From Nitrospinaceae bacterium (GTDB taxonomy: Bacteria > Nitrospinota > Nitrospinia > Nitrospinales > VA-1), in contig JBHHVU010000005.1 in NCBI GenBank assembly GCA_046754465.1, positions 1 through 64,000 of the forward strand: a stretch of DNA of 64,000 nucleotides. The letters run 5' to 3'. Positions 37,238 through 47,352 of this stretch are shown one piece after another. Numbering within the stretch: position 1 is the stretch's first letter; every line of letters starts with the position of its first letter. Below the pieces are notes generated by a model. It was given only the letters and a program-made list of their open reading frames with translations, did no database searches and was not told where the DNA came from. The translations under genes were made by a program, and so were the position numbers.

Positions 37238-38155
37238 CTAAACTTCCGTCAGCCAGTTCTTGAATTTCGCGTGGTCCCCCCGGACGATGTCGAAAAAGGT
37301 TTTCTGGACCAGTTCCGTGATTTTCCCCCTTTTCCCGGCACCGATGACGCGGTTGTCCACCTCGCGGACAGGCGTGATCTCCGCGGCGGTTCCCGTCAGA
37401 AAGACCTCGTCGGCGATGTAAAGCTCATCCCGCGTGATGCACCGCTCCTCCAGCTCGATTTCCAGGTCCCGGCAGATCTTGATCACCGCGTCCCGGGTGA
37501 TCCCTTCCAGGTTCGCGCAGGAAAGGGCGGGGGTGCTCAGTTTTCCCCGTGAAAGGAAAAAAATGTTTTCTCCCGAGCCCTCGGAAACGTAACCATTGGT
37601 GTCCAGAAGAATCGCCTCGTCATAACCGTCTCTCACCGCTTCCGCCTTGGCGAGGATGGAATTGATGTAATAGCCGCAAGCCTTGGCCCGGGTCAGGGTG
37701 ATGTTCACATGGTGCCGGGTGAAGGAAGAGACGCGGACGCGGATCCCCTGGGTCAGGCTGTCGTCGCCCAGGTAGGTGCCCCAGGGCCAGGCCGCGATGG
37801 CAACCCGGACATCCACCCCGTCCGGATTCAACCCCATCTTGTTGTTTCCCAGGAAAACGATCGGCCGGATGTAGCATTCCTCAAGGTGGTTTTCTCGGAC
37901 CACCGTGAGGATGGTCTGAAATATCTCTTCTTTTGAATAGGGGACCTCGATGCCCAGAATGACCGCCGAGTTGAACAGGCGTTCCACATGCTCGGTAAGC
38001 CGAAAGATGACCGATTTGTTATTATGGGTCCGGTAACAGCGGATGCCCTCGAAAACGCCAAGCCCGTAATGCAGCGTGTGAGTTAAAACATGGACGTTGG
38101 CTTCATGCCAAGGGACCATTTTCCCGTCGAGCCAAATTTTATCCGATTTTTCCAA
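37238..38155 (-). CDS. ilvE: Branched-chain amino acid aminotransferase
   Basis: LHYGLGVFEGIR, AKACGYY, EGSGENIF, GITR, TGTAAEITP. Confidence 0.95.
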   Translation of the reverse strand: MEKSDKIWLDGKMVPWHEANVHVLTHTLHYGLGVFEGIRCYRTHNNKSVIFRLTEHVERLFNSAVILGIEVPYSKEEIFQTILTVVRENHLEECYIRPIVFLGNNKMGLNPDGVDVRVAIAAWPWGTYLGDDSLTQGIRVRVSSFTRHHVNITLTRAKACGYYINSILAKAEAVRDGYDEAILLDTNGYVSEGSGENIFFLSRGKLSTPALSCANLEGITRDAVIKICRDLEIELEERCITRDELYIADEVFLTGTAAEITPVREVDNRVIGAGKRGKITELVQKTFFDIVRGDHAKFKNWLTEV

Positions 38156-38236
38156 AAAACCCTCTCGATTGGGGTGAAACCTTATAATCTATGATATTAT
38201 TGGCCCTTGCGATTAAAATCAAGGCAAATAAAGCCA

Positions 38237-38265
38237 TTGACATGGTAAAATAGGTTTGTTAGTTT
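38237..38265 (+). promoter_or_regulatory. Sigma70 promoter of the tRNA pair
   Basis: TTGACA-N17-TAGTTT with extended TG, 15 nt before tRNA-Lys. Confidence 0.65.
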
Positions 38266-38280
38266 TCTGCTTCCATGCGT

Positions 38281-38353
38281 GGGCCGCTAGCTCAGTTGGT
38301 AGAGCACCTGCCTTTTAAGCAGGTGGTCGAAGGTTCGATCCCTTCGCGGCTCA
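38281..38353 (+). tRNA. tRNA-Lys(TTT), CCA not encoded
   Basis: Cloverleaf; anticodon arm CCTGC-CTTTTAA-GCAGG; GGTTCGATCC T arm. Confidence 0.96.
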
Positions 38354-38379
38354 CTTTTTTCATATTATCCGACCGAAAC

Positions 38380-38457
38380 GTCCCCATCGTCTAGCCCGGC
38401 CCAGGACACCGGCCTTTCACGCCGGCGACGCGGGTTCGAATCCCGCTGGGGACGCCA
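38380..38457 (+). tRNA. tRNA-Glu(TTC)
   Basis: GTCCCCA/TGGGGAC acceptor stem, CCGGC-CTTTCAC-GCCGG anticodon arm, encoded CCA. Confidence 0.96.
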
Positions 38458-38597
38458 CTCCTCCGCAGAGGGCGAGTTTGATCACCACGCTCAAAGCTTT
38501 TTGGCGTGGGTTCGAACTTTCCGGAAGCGGAAAGGGGTCAAGTCTCCTCTTACCTGCATTTCGATAATATGGCCTGGACGGGCAGAGGGATTCCAAG

Positions 38598-38750
38598 ATG
38601 ACTCTTTTTGCCTCCACCGCCCTCGTGTACTTGGGGCTTAAGGCCCTGGTCGCCCGGGATAGCGCCAGGCGTTTGGCGGCACTCGGCGGAACAGAGAAAC
38701 TCTTTTCACCGCAAAGGCGCAAAGGACGCAGAGAAAGCCTTAAAAAATAG
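38598..38750 (+). pseudogene. Remnant of a VapB-type (DUF2191-like) antitoxin, C-terminal half only
   Basis: Translates to MTLFASTALVYLGLKALVARDSARRLAALGGTEK..., resembling the C-terminus of this antitoxin family; no N-terminal DNA-binding part and no toxin gene nearby. Confidence 0.55.
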
Positions 38751-38790
38751 TGGGGTTTTGGTTTCTTTGCGATCTTTGCGTCTCTGCGGT
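38708..38790. repeat. Palindromic element with 29-bp arms built from 9-mer CGCA(A/G)AG units
   Basis: ACCGCAAAGGCGCAAAGGACGCAGAGAAA (38708-38736) versus the reverse complement of 38762-38790: 24/29 identical. Confidence 0.8.
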
Positions 38791-39342
38791 AAACAACTGG
38801 TTTTGTTTTTCCACCTGCGGAAGAGGTCACCCATTAGCGGGCTCCGTGTCAACAGACAAACGTCCCCCCAGTTCATGGAGGCGCAGCCTGCATGAAGCCA
38901 TTTGCTCATTTTCTCCTTCGCACCGGTTGAAGCATTTCGTCACGCATCCGGGTTTTCGTTTGCTGGATATCAAGTCCTTTTTTGACTACAACCTGTGGAA
39001 AATTTTGCTTGAAGGACCTGCCGCATTATTAAAGGTTACGCCCACTCTGGCAAAAACAAAGCAGACAGGGAAAAGCGAACCACCCTCATCCCAGCCCGTC
39101 ACCCCTTGGGTGCTCCCAATGGGAGAAAGAGTTCCATCCCCTCCCTCTTGGAAGACCCGAGGTGGAAATTTTATCCTCTCGAAACGATTTTTTCCTTCAT
39201 TTTTCCGCGGTTGGCGGGCCTTGGGCGATTTTTCTCATTTAGAGAGTGATTTCATATTTTCGGACGTGATATCATATCCTCTTCATCCTAGCCAACGATT
39301 AGAAATCAACCCGGGCGCCTGCTGAATTTCCCATAACCCCTT

Positions 39343-40806
39343 ATGCTTGATCCACAAAAAGTAAAAACCTATCTCACCTTCGACGACGTGCTGCTTCTTC
39401 CGGCCTATTCCAAGGTGTTGCCGAGCGAAGTGGACCTGGGCACGCACCTGACCCGAAAGATCCGCCTGCACTGTCCGCTAGTCAGCGCGCCGATGGATAC
39501 GGTGACCGAGGCGAATCTCGCCATCGTCCTGGCCCAGGAAGGGGGAATCGGGATCATCCACCGTAACCTGCTGCCCGACCAGCAGCGCAAGATGGTCGAC
39601 AAGGTCAAACGCTCCGTCAGCGCCATGATTCCCGACCCCATCACCATGGCGCCGGACCAGAAAATCCACCAGGCGCTGGAGGTCATGAAAAAATACAATA
39701 TTTCCGGCATCCCCATTACCAACGGTAAAAAGCTGGTGGGCATCCTGACCAACCGCGACCTGAGGTTTGAGACCAACCTCGACAAAACCGTGCAATCGTT
39801 GATGACCAAAAAACTGGTCACGATTCCCGAAGGGACCCCGCTGGATAAATCCAAAAAGCTCCTGCACGAAAACCGGATCGAAAAACTCCTCGTCGTGGAC
39901 AAGAATGGGAACCTGAAAGGGTTGATCACCATCAAGGATATCGAGAAGGCCGGGCGCTTTCCCCTGGCCGCGAAGGATTCAAAGGGCCGCCTGCTGGTGG
40001 GCGCGGCACTCGGTGTCTCCTCCAACCCGCTGGAACACGTCGAGGCGCTGATCCACGTGGGGCTGGACGTCCTGGTGATCGACAGCGCCCACGGTCATTC
40101 GGAAAAAGTCCTGCAGGCCATTCGGGAGATCAAAAAAAGTTTTCCGAAACTTCAGGTCATTGGCGGCAACGTGGCCACGGCGGAAGGCACCGAGGCACTC
40201 ATCCGGGCCGGGGCCGATGCCGTCAAGGTGGGGATCGGTCCCGGGTCGATCTGCACCACGCGGGTGGTCACCGGGGTGGGGGTTCCTCAGATCTCGGCCA
40301 TCGTGGAATGCGTCAGGGCGGGGGAAAAGAAAGGCGTGCCGATCATCTCCGACGGCGGGATCAAGCATTCCGGCGACGTCTCCAAGGCCATCGCCGCCGG
40401 GGCGCACACCGTCATGATCGGGTCCCTGTTCGCCGGCACTGAGGAAAGTCCCGGAGAAAAAATTCTCTACCAGGGCAGGAGCTATAAGGAATACCGCGGC
40501 ATGGGCTCGGTGGGGGCCATGTCCCAGGGGTCGAGCGACCGGTATTTCCAGGACCGCGAATTATCGGAAAGCAAGCTGGTGCCCGAAGGGGTAGAAGCGC
40601 GCATCCCCTACCGGGGATCCCTTTCCTTTACCGTGCACCAACTGCTGGGTGGCCTTCGCGCCGGCATGGGATACTGCGGCTGCAAAAACATCGAGGAACT
40701 GAGAGAAAAATCCACGTTCATCAAAACCACCCCTTCCGGATTAAAGGAAAGTCACGTCCACGACGTGATCGTGACTAAAGAAGCACCCAATTACCATATC
40801 GAGTAG
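39343..40806 (+). CDS. guaB: IMP dehydrogenase
   Basis: [11 protein letters not shown] pair, [17 protein letters not shown]. Confidence 0.98.
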   Translation: MLDPQKVKTYLTFDDVLLLPAYSKVLPSEVDLGTHLTRKIRLHCPLVSAPMDTVTEANLAIVLAQEGGIGIIHRNLLPDQQRKMVDKVKRSVSAMIPDPITMAPDQKIHQALEVMKKYNISGIPITNGKKLVGILTNRDLRFETNLDKTVQSLMTKKLVTIPEGTPLDKSKKLLHENRIEKLLVVDKNGNLKGLITIKDIEKAGRFPLAAKDSKGRLLVGAALGVSSNPLEHVEALIHVGLDVLVIDSAHGHSEKVLQAIREIKKSFPKLQVIGGNVATAEGTEALIRAGADAVKVGIGPGSICTTRVVTGVGVPQISAIVECVRAGEKKGVPIISDGGIKHSGDVSKAIAAGAHTVMIGSLFAGTEESPGEKILYQGRSYKEYRGMGSVGAMSQGSSDRYFQDRELSESKLVPEGVEARIPYRGSLSFTVHQLLGGLRAGMGYCGCKNIEELREKSTFIKTTPSGLKESHVHDVIVTKEAPNYHIE

Positions 40807-40907
40807 ACCGGCAACCCGGCCTTCCTCGATAAAGGAAAGGACCCCGGGGGCGGGAAGGACCGGCCCCCGGCGAGGAATATTTATCGCCTTGCATCTTCCC
40901 TGATTCC

Positions 40908-42461
40908 ATGACCACCGATACGCTGCACGAACAGAAAATCCTCATCCTGGATTTCGGGTCGCAATACACCCAGAACATCGCGCGAAAAGTGCGTGAACGC
41001 CAGGTGTACTGCGAGATTCATCCCTGCACCTGGACGATGGAGGAGATCACCGCTTTTCAACCCAGAGGCATCATCCTTTCCGGAGGCCCGGCCAGCGTTC
41101 TGGAGAATGGAGCCCCCGTCATCAACCGCGAACTCTTTGAGATGGGAATTCCCATTCTCGGAATCTGTTACGGGATGCAGCTCATCACCCATCTCCTCAA
41201 CGGCAGGGTGGACCCATCCGGCAAAAAGGAATTCGGCCGCGCCGAACTGATGATCAAGGAATTCTCTCACCTCTTTCACGGGGTCAAGAACAATTCGACC
41301 GTCTGGATGAGCCACGGGGACCGGATTTCCAAGCTGCCGGCCGGATTCAAGTCGACGGCCTTCACCGACAATTCCCCCATCGCGGCCATCGAAAATCCCC
41401 TGGCAAAAATTTACGGGCTCCAGTTCCATCCCGAGGTGGTCCATACCGCCCAGGGAGGAAAAATCCTCGAAAACTTCCTCTTCAAGGTTTGCGGCTGCGT
41501 GCCCAACTGGAAAATGGATTCCCTCGCCGAATACGCGGCGGGAAATATCCGGGAGCAGGTAGGCTCCGCGAACGTACTCTGCGCCCTGAGCGGCGGGGTG
41601 GATTCGTCGGTGGTGGCCCTACTGGTCCACAAGGCCATCGGCAACCACCTGACCTGCATCTTCATCGACAACGGCCTGCTGCGGACGGGGGAAAGAGAAA
41701 AAGTGGAACGCACCTTCCGGGAACATTTCCACATCAACCTGGAAGTGATCGATGCGTCCCGGCGGTTCCTGGAACGGCTCGATGGGGTGATCGATCCGGA
41801 GAAGAAACGGAAAATCATCGGCAACGTTTTCATCGAGGTGTTCGAGGAGGAAGCCCACCGTCTGGGAGATTTCACTTTCCTCGCGCAGGGAACGCTTTAT
41901 CCCGACGTCATCGAATCGGTATCTTTCAAGGGACCCTCGGCGGTGATCAAGACCCATCACAACGTGGGTGGCCTGCCGGAAAAAATGCGGCTCAAACTCC
42001 TCGAACCGTTGCGGGAACTGTTCAAGGACGAAGTGCGCTCCCTGGGGCGGGAACTCGGCATGCCGGAGGAAATTATCAACCGCCAGCCTTTTCCCGGTCC
42101 GGGCCTCGCCATCCGCATCCTCGACGCCGTCACTCCCGACCGGCTCACCATCCTGAGGGCGGCGGACAAGATTATCCTGGAGGAAGTGAAAGCCGCTGGA
42201 TTGTACAACCAGATTTGGCAGGCCTTCGCCGTGCTGCTCCCGGTCAAGACTGTCGGCGTCATGGGCGATTCGCGGACTTACGAAAACGTCATCGGGATCC
42301 GCGCCGTCACCAGCACCGACGGCATGACCGCCGACTGGGTGCACCTGCCCTATGACCTGTTGGGAAAACTCTCCAACCGCATCATCAACGAGGTGGAGGG
42401 CGTCAACCGCGTGGTCTACGACATCAGTTCCAAACCCCCCAGCACCATCGAGTGGGAATAA
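40908..42461 (+). CDS. guaA: GMP synthase (glutamine-hydrolysing)
   Basis: [28 protein letters not shown]. Confidence 0.98.
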   Translation: MTTDTLHEQKILILDFGSQYTQNIARKVRERQVYCEIHPCTWTMEEITAFQPRGIILSGGPASVLENGAPVINRELFEMGIPILGICYGMQLITHLLNGRVDPSGKKEFGRAELMIKEFSHLFHGVKNNSTVWMSHGDRISKLPAGFKSTAFTDNSPIAAIENPLAKIYGLQFHPEVVHTAQGGKILENFLFKVCGCVPNWKMDSLAEYAAGNIREQVGSANVLCALSGGVDSSVVALLVHKAIGNHLTCIFIDNGLLRTGEREKVERTFREHFHINLEVIDASRRFLERLDGVIDPEKKRKIIGNVFIEVFEEEAHRLGDFTFLAQGTLYPDVIESVSFKGPSAVIKTHHNVGGLPEKMRLKLLEPLRELFKDEVRSLGRELGMPEEIINRQPFPGPGLAIRILDAVTPDRLTILRAADKIILEEVKAAGLYNQIWQAFAVLLPVKTVGVMGDSRTYENVIGIRAVTSTDGMTADWVHLPYDLLGKLSNRIINEVEGVNRVVYDISSKPPSTIEWE

Positions 42462-42560
42462 AACTCCGGCCCCGAAACCCTGTTGTCCATTCTGGAATTT
42501 CGCCTGTTATGCGAGGGCGGGCGTAAAAGGATTATAATGGGAAGCAATATTATATGCAGG

Positions 42561-44621
42561 CTATCGGGGGCTGGCGGCAATATTGCCGCCGTCTATGGTG
42601 AGCACGCTGCCGGTGGTCTTTTCCGCCAGGGCCAGTTCGAGAAACCCCTGCGCCACGTCGGTGTCGTAAACTTCTTTCCGCAGCAGGTTGTTGCGAAAAT
42701 ATTCATCGGGAGACAGTCCCCGGGCTCCAGCCCGGTCCTGGATCACCCGTTCGGTGAACAATCCGGTGCGGACCCGGTCGGCATTGATGGCATTGGAGCG
42801 GATGCCCTTCTCACCGTAATCGAGGGCGTATTGTTTGGCCAGGGCGACGACCGCCGCCTTGGGAAGGGCATAGGGTCCGAAATCCTTTCCCGGATTGAAC
42901 GCGGCCTTGGAGGCGTTGAACAGCAGCACCCCGCCAGTCTTCTGACCGAGAAACAGCGCGACGGCTTTTGACGCCAGGGTCTGGTGCGCAAAAAAGTTCA
43001 ACTCGAAACTGGCCCGCAGCCGGGCGGGGTCCACCTCGCCGATTTTCCCCTGGAGGGCGTTGCCCGCGTTGGAAATCAGGATGTCCAGTCCGCCGAAATT
43101 CCGCACCAGGTGATCGAACGATTCTTCCACCGCCCTGGCATCGGTCACGTCCACCACCTGAGTCTCCACACCCACCTTACTGAGTGCCAGCACCTGCCGC
43201 CGCGCGGCGGCGAGTTTTTCCCGGTCCAGATCGGCCAGGAACAGGTTGGCCCCGTTTTGGGCGAACAACCGGGCGGTGGCCAGCCCGATCCCCGAAGCGG
43301 CCCCGGATATATACACGATTTTCCCCTGAAGCCGGGCCGGCTTGGCCTTGCCGAGCTTGGCTTGTTCCAGGGACCAGTACTCCATCTCGAACAGGTCGGA
43401 TTCTCCCAGGGGGGTATACCGGCCCACGGCAAACGCTTTCTGAATGATATCGATGGTGTGCTGATAGATGTCGGCGGCAATTCGCGTTTCACGCACGGTC
43501 TTGCCCATGGTGATCAACCCCACCCCCGCGAGAAGGATCACCCGCGGCAGGGGATCGAGTTCCTTCTTCGCCGCGCCCCGGACCTCCTGGTTGGCGCGGA
43601 AGTAACGATGGTAGTTCTCGATATAGCGTTCCAGGGCGTCTGAAATTTCCGCTCTCAATGTTTTGGGATCGTCCGGATGTCGCGGATTCAGCAAGAGGGG
43701 TTTCTGTTTGGTGCGGATCACATGATCGGGCGTGGCGGTTCCAATCTGCGACCACTCGGCGCCTTCCCTGCTGTTGGCGAACGCGGTGGCGGCGGAATCT
43801 TCCCGGTAATGCATCACCCAGGACATTCCGGATTTTTCATCATACAGTCCCCGAAGCACCGGGGCCGCCTTTTTCAAAATCGCTTCCCCGCCCGCCGCCG
43901 GTTGGAGACCTCCGATCGGGGTCAATGAAATTTTCTTTTGCCGGGCGATGTATTCCTCGGCCAAGGTCACCGCCTCGATGTGCCGGTCATAACTTTCCCT
44001 CGCGGTTTCTCCGAAAGTGAATAGGCCGTGGTTGGCCAGGATGAGGCCCTTGACGCCGGGGTGTTTCTCATTCGTTTCCGCGGCGGCCTTGGCGAGGGCG
44101 AATCCAGGCATGATGTAGGGGACCACGGCGAAAGAATCCCCGTATACCTCCCGGCACAGGTCCTCCACCTGGGGCTGGTCGGCCAGGACCAGGATGGCAT
44201 CGGCATGGGAATGGTCGATGAACTTCCACGGCAGGAAGGCGTGCAGCAGCGTTTCCACCGAAGGATTGGGGGACGAGGCGTCAAGCAGGTTGATCCGCTG
44301 CTCGTTGACCATATCCTCATCGCTCAACCGGTCCAGCGCCCGTAATTTCCGGATCGGATCCAGCCGGACTCCCGGCAATCCGGGCGGTTCCAGGGTATCC
44401 AGGTCCCACCCGCTTCCTTTTACATAAAGGACGGGAACCTCCTCGCCCAGCCGGTTTTTGAAGACGGATTTTACGGAGGTGTTTCCTCCCCCGTGAAGGA
44501 CCAGGGCGGGGTCGCGTCCGATCAGCCGCGAGGTGTAAACGCGCAGGGCGATGTCCTCGGAATAGTCTTTATAGGTCTGGATGGCCTTTTCGGCCTCCGC
44601 GTTGTTCCATCGATTTTTCAT
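42561..44621 (-). CDS. Bifunctional class II aldolase/short-chain dehydrogenase
   Basis: GGGNTSVK, PSVETLLH, TPDHVIRTK, EYWSLEQAKL, GAASGIG, YALPK. Confidence 0.88.
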   Translation of the reverse strand: MKNRWNNAEAEKAIQTYKDYSEDIALRVYTSRLIGRDPALVLHGGGNTSVKSVFKNRLGEEVPVLYVKGSGWDLDTLEPPGLPGVRLDPIRKLRALDRLSDEDMVNEQRINLLDASSPNPSVETLLHAFLPWKFIDHSHADAILVLADQPQVEDLCREVYGDSFAVVPYIMPGFALAKAAAETNEKHPGVKGLILANHGLFTFGETARESYDRHIEAVTLAEEYIARQKKISLTPIGGLQPAAGGEAILKKAAPVLRGLYDEKSGMSWVMHYREDSAATAFANSREGAEWSQIGTATPDHVIRTKQKPLLLNPRHPDDPKTLRAEISDALERYIENYHRYFRANQEVRGAAKKELDPLPRVILLAGVGLITMGKTVRETRIAADIYQHTIDIIQKAFAVGRYTPLGESDLFEMEYWSLEQAKLGKAKPARLQGKIVYISGAASGIGLATARLFAQNGANLFLADLDREKLAAARRQVLALSKVGVETQVVDVTDARAVEESFDHLVRNFGGLDILISNAGNALQGKIGEVDPARLRASFELNFFAHQTLASKAVALFLGQKTGGVLLFNASKAAFNPGKDFGPYALPKAAVVALAKQYALDYGEKGIRSNAINADRVRTGLFTERVIQDRAGARGLSPDEYFRNNLLRKEVYDTDVAQGFLELALAEKTTGSVLTIDGGNIAASPR

Positions 44622-44650
44622 TTCAGAACCATTATGAATGAAAATTGGGT

Positions 44651-46213
44651 TTATTGGGGAAATCCGGCATCGGGAACGGGTTTCCATGCCCTGGCAAAAT
44701 ATATCTTATACCCGCAAACCAGGGCCAGCGACAAGAGGAGTCCCGGGGGCAACCAAGTCATGTACCAGGGAAACCCGAAAAGGTACATATAATACCACCA
44801 GAAATTGGGCGCGTTGACTGCCAATCCTTTTTCCAGCACCTCCCGGTCTCCTGCGCCGAGGAACCGCCTGCCGGACAACGCCTCGGAGACCAGACGCTCC
44901 ATGAGTCGCCTGTCTCCCGATTTCCGGAACACGGCCTTCATTTCCCCGGGCTGCATGATGAGAGGAGAATAGGCCGGCGAATACACGAGCAAGTCCTCCG
45001 CCTTCTCGCCAAATTGATTTCGCAAATCATAATAATACCGGGACACGCTGACCGTGACCGAGGGAATTTGAATGATTATCCCCACCAGGATGGAAAAAAT
45101 GACAAGACGCCGGAGGACGCCGTCGCGTCTCTCAAGGAGAAATCCCACCGGTAAAATAAGATAAGGGAGTACCACTAACATCAACCGAGGTCCCCAGCCC
45201 ATCCCTCCAAACCAACTGTGCCAGAACGAAAAAAGCAAGAGATGGGACAATACGATCCACCCGAACAACCCCGCCCACGCCGGCCGGGTCCGGAATAAAA
45301 CCGGTAACGCCACGCAGCCGGGAATCAGCAGAGGATTATATAAAAAGACTGACTTTCCCGGTGAAAAAAGAAGACCCCATAAACCCGTGACGAATCCGCT
45401 CCCGAATCCTTTTTCATATCCCGTTTCCAGGAAATCCTGAAAACGGACATAATTATAAAGTCCGATCAACGCCAGAGCGATCCCAACGGGAACCAGAATC
45501 CGGGTGAGGTCGAGAACCCGTCCCCGCAGGCTGGGTGGAGCGCCCTCCCGCCACTGCATGAACCGGTGAATGAGGAATCCGGGCAACGCAACCAGGGTCG
45601 CCAACCTGCAGGTAAGGGCGAGAGCGAAAAAAATCCCCGCCCGGGTGGGCTGCCCTTGCTTTTCCCCCGGCCGGCCCGTGGCGAGGAAAACGGAGGCGAG
45701 CAGAGCCAGGGTCGTGGCGGGTTCACTCATGAAATCCTCGGAATGAAACCAGGCGATGGTGGACAGGCCAAAACCCAGGGCCAACAGCGAGGAAGTGCGG
45801 CTGGAAAACCCGAACCGCTCCCGGCCGAAACGAAACATCAATACACAGGTCAGCGCGGTAACCATGGCATTGACCATGCTCACGCAAAAGGCCGTTGCAT
45901 AAGACGGATCGATATCCAGCCACCGGGCCAGGACCTTTCCGGACAAATAAAACGGGACCGCCAGCAGACTCGTTCCGATCCCGTACTTGGAGTATTTTTC
46001 CCCTTCCGGGTCGCCGGCGCCCACGCGCTCGATATACCCCAGGCTTTGATGATCCACCAGGCTCTGGGTCAGCAGATACATTATTTTCCCCTCCGACGAT
46101 TGAATCGACCCCTGCCCCGTGAGCAGGTACACGGAAAAAAAGAAGAGGAACAAACGGAAATGAGTTTTAAATTGAGGAGGGAAATTCACACTGGCAAACC
46201 GGTTCGAGTTCAT
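44651..46213 (-). CDS. Polytopic membrane protein, probable GT-C glycosyltransferase
   Basis: Many TM helices; YSKYGIG, LLFSPGKSVFLY, WGPR. Start uncertain. Confidence 0.65.
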   Translation of the reverse strand: MNSNRFASVNFPPQFKTHFRLFLFFFSVYLLTGQGSIQSSEGKIMYLLTQSLVDHQSLGYIERVGAGDPEGEKYSKYGIGTSLLAVPFYLSGKVLARWLDIDPSYATAFCVSMVNAMVTALTCVLMFRFGRERFGFSSRTSSLLALGFGLSTIAWFHSEDFMSEPATTLALLASVFLATGRPGEKQGQPTRAGIFFALALTCRLATLVALPGFLIHRFMQWREGAPPSLRGRVLDLTRILVPVGIALALIGLYNYVRFQDFLETGYEKGFGSGFVTGLWGLLFSPGKSVFLYNPLLIPGCVALPVLFRTRPAWAGLFGWIVLSHLLLFSFWHSWFGGMGWGPRLMLVVLPYLILPVGFLLERRDGVLRRLVIFSILVGIIIQIPSVTVSVSRYYYDLRNQFGEKAEDLLVYSPAYSPLIMQPGEMKAVFRKSGDRRLMERLVSEALSGRRFLGAGDREVLEKGLAVNAPNFWWYYMYLFGFPWYMTWLPPGLLLSLALVCGYKIYFARAWKPVPDAGFPQ

Positions 46214-46384
46214 CCGAATCAGACAGGAGAGGCATCCGCCGGGGGGAGGATCCGGGTGGAATCCTGATCCACTTCTGTTTATCATAAAAATTATCCCGGG
46301 TCAAAACCGGGAGGGATCCCTCTCCCCTTCCCCGGTTAAAAGCGTAATGAATTGTTGCGGGTTCTGTGTTACTCTTTGCACGCA

Positions 46385-46633
46385 ATGCTGGCCAAAATTC
46401 ACGTGACATTCAAAAAAGGAGTTCTGGACCCGCAGGGCAAGGCGGTGCACCACGCGCTCAACGACCTGGGGTACGCGGAGGTCAAACATGTGAACGTGGG
46501 CAAGTACATGGAGGTCCGCCTGGAAGGACTGTCCGAGGAGGAGGCGCGAACCCGGGTCCGTGAAATGTGCGAAAAACTTCTTGCCAATACCGTGATCGAA
46601 TCCTACGGGTTCACCCTGACCCCGGCGGAATGA
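46385..46633 (+). CDS. purS: Phosphoribosylformylglycinamidine synthase subunit PurS
   Basis: VLDPQG, MCEKLLANTVIE. Confidence 0.95.
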   Translation: MLAKIHVTFKKGVLDPQGKAVHHALNDLGYAEVKHVNVGKYMEVRLEGLSEEEARTRVREMCEKLLANTVIESYGFTLTPAE

Positions 46634-46658
46634 TCGTTATCCCCCAATCGAAACTGAT

Positions 46659-47348
46659 ATGAAGTGCGGAATCGTCGTATTTCCCGGATCGAACTGCGAT
46701 CATGATTGTTACCATATCCTGAAGCATATCCTTTCCCTCGATACCCACTGGATATGGCACAAGGACGACCGCGACCTGGACGATTTTGACCTCATCGTTC
46801 TGCCAGGCGGGTTTTCCTATGGGGACTACCTGCGGGCCGGGGCTATTTCCAAGTTTTCACCGGTTATGAAGGCGGTAATCCGATTCGCGGAGCGGGGAGG
46901 CCGCGTGTTAGGGATCTGCAACGGATTCCAGATTCTGGTGGAAGCGGGCCTGCTTCCCGGGGCGCTCCTGCCGAACCGGTCGCAGAAATTCATTTGCAAG
47001 ACCGTATTCACACGCGTAGAAAACGCGGATACCCCTTTCACGCGGGAATGCGGAGACAATGCGGTCCTAAAAATTCCTATCGCCCATCACCAGGGCAGTT
47101 ATTTCGCCCCTCCGGAGACGCTGGCTGGGATGATCGAAAACGATCAGATCATCTTGCGTTATTGCGACGCGGCGGGGGAGACCTCCGATACGTCAAACCC
47201 CAACGGATCGATCGACAACATCGCCGCGGTGACCAACGGCGGGAAAAACATCCTGGGAATGATGCCCCACCCCGAACGAAGCGCCGACCCCTTATGGCCG
47301 GACGTCGATGGACAAAAGATATTTAAATCCTTGATCCATTCCGGGTGA
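46659..47348 (+). CDS. purQ: Phosphoribosylformylglycinamidine synthase subunit PurQ
   Basis: [31 protein letters not shown]. Confidence 0.97.
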   Translation: MKCGIVVFPGSNCDHDCYHILKHILSLDTHWIWHKDDRDLDDFDLIVLPGGFSYGDYLRAGAISKFSPVMKAVIRFAERGGRVLGICNGFQILVEAGLLPGALLPNRSQKFICKTVFTRVENADTPFTRECGDNAVLKIPIAHHQGSYFAPPETLAGMIENDQIILRYCDAAGETSDTSNPNGSIDNIAAVTNGGKNILGMMPHPERSADPLWPDVDGQKIFKSLIHSG

Positions 47349-47352
47349 GATC

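Noticed and set aside
38750..39325. 191-aa ORF between tRNA-Glu and guaB
   Set aside because: It starts inside the palindromic repeat, has no RBS or motifs and has atypical composition; likely non-coding.
46290..46345. Hairpin upstream of purS as a possible purine or ZTP riboswitch
   Set aside because: A simple stem-loop without recognisable aptamer consensus.
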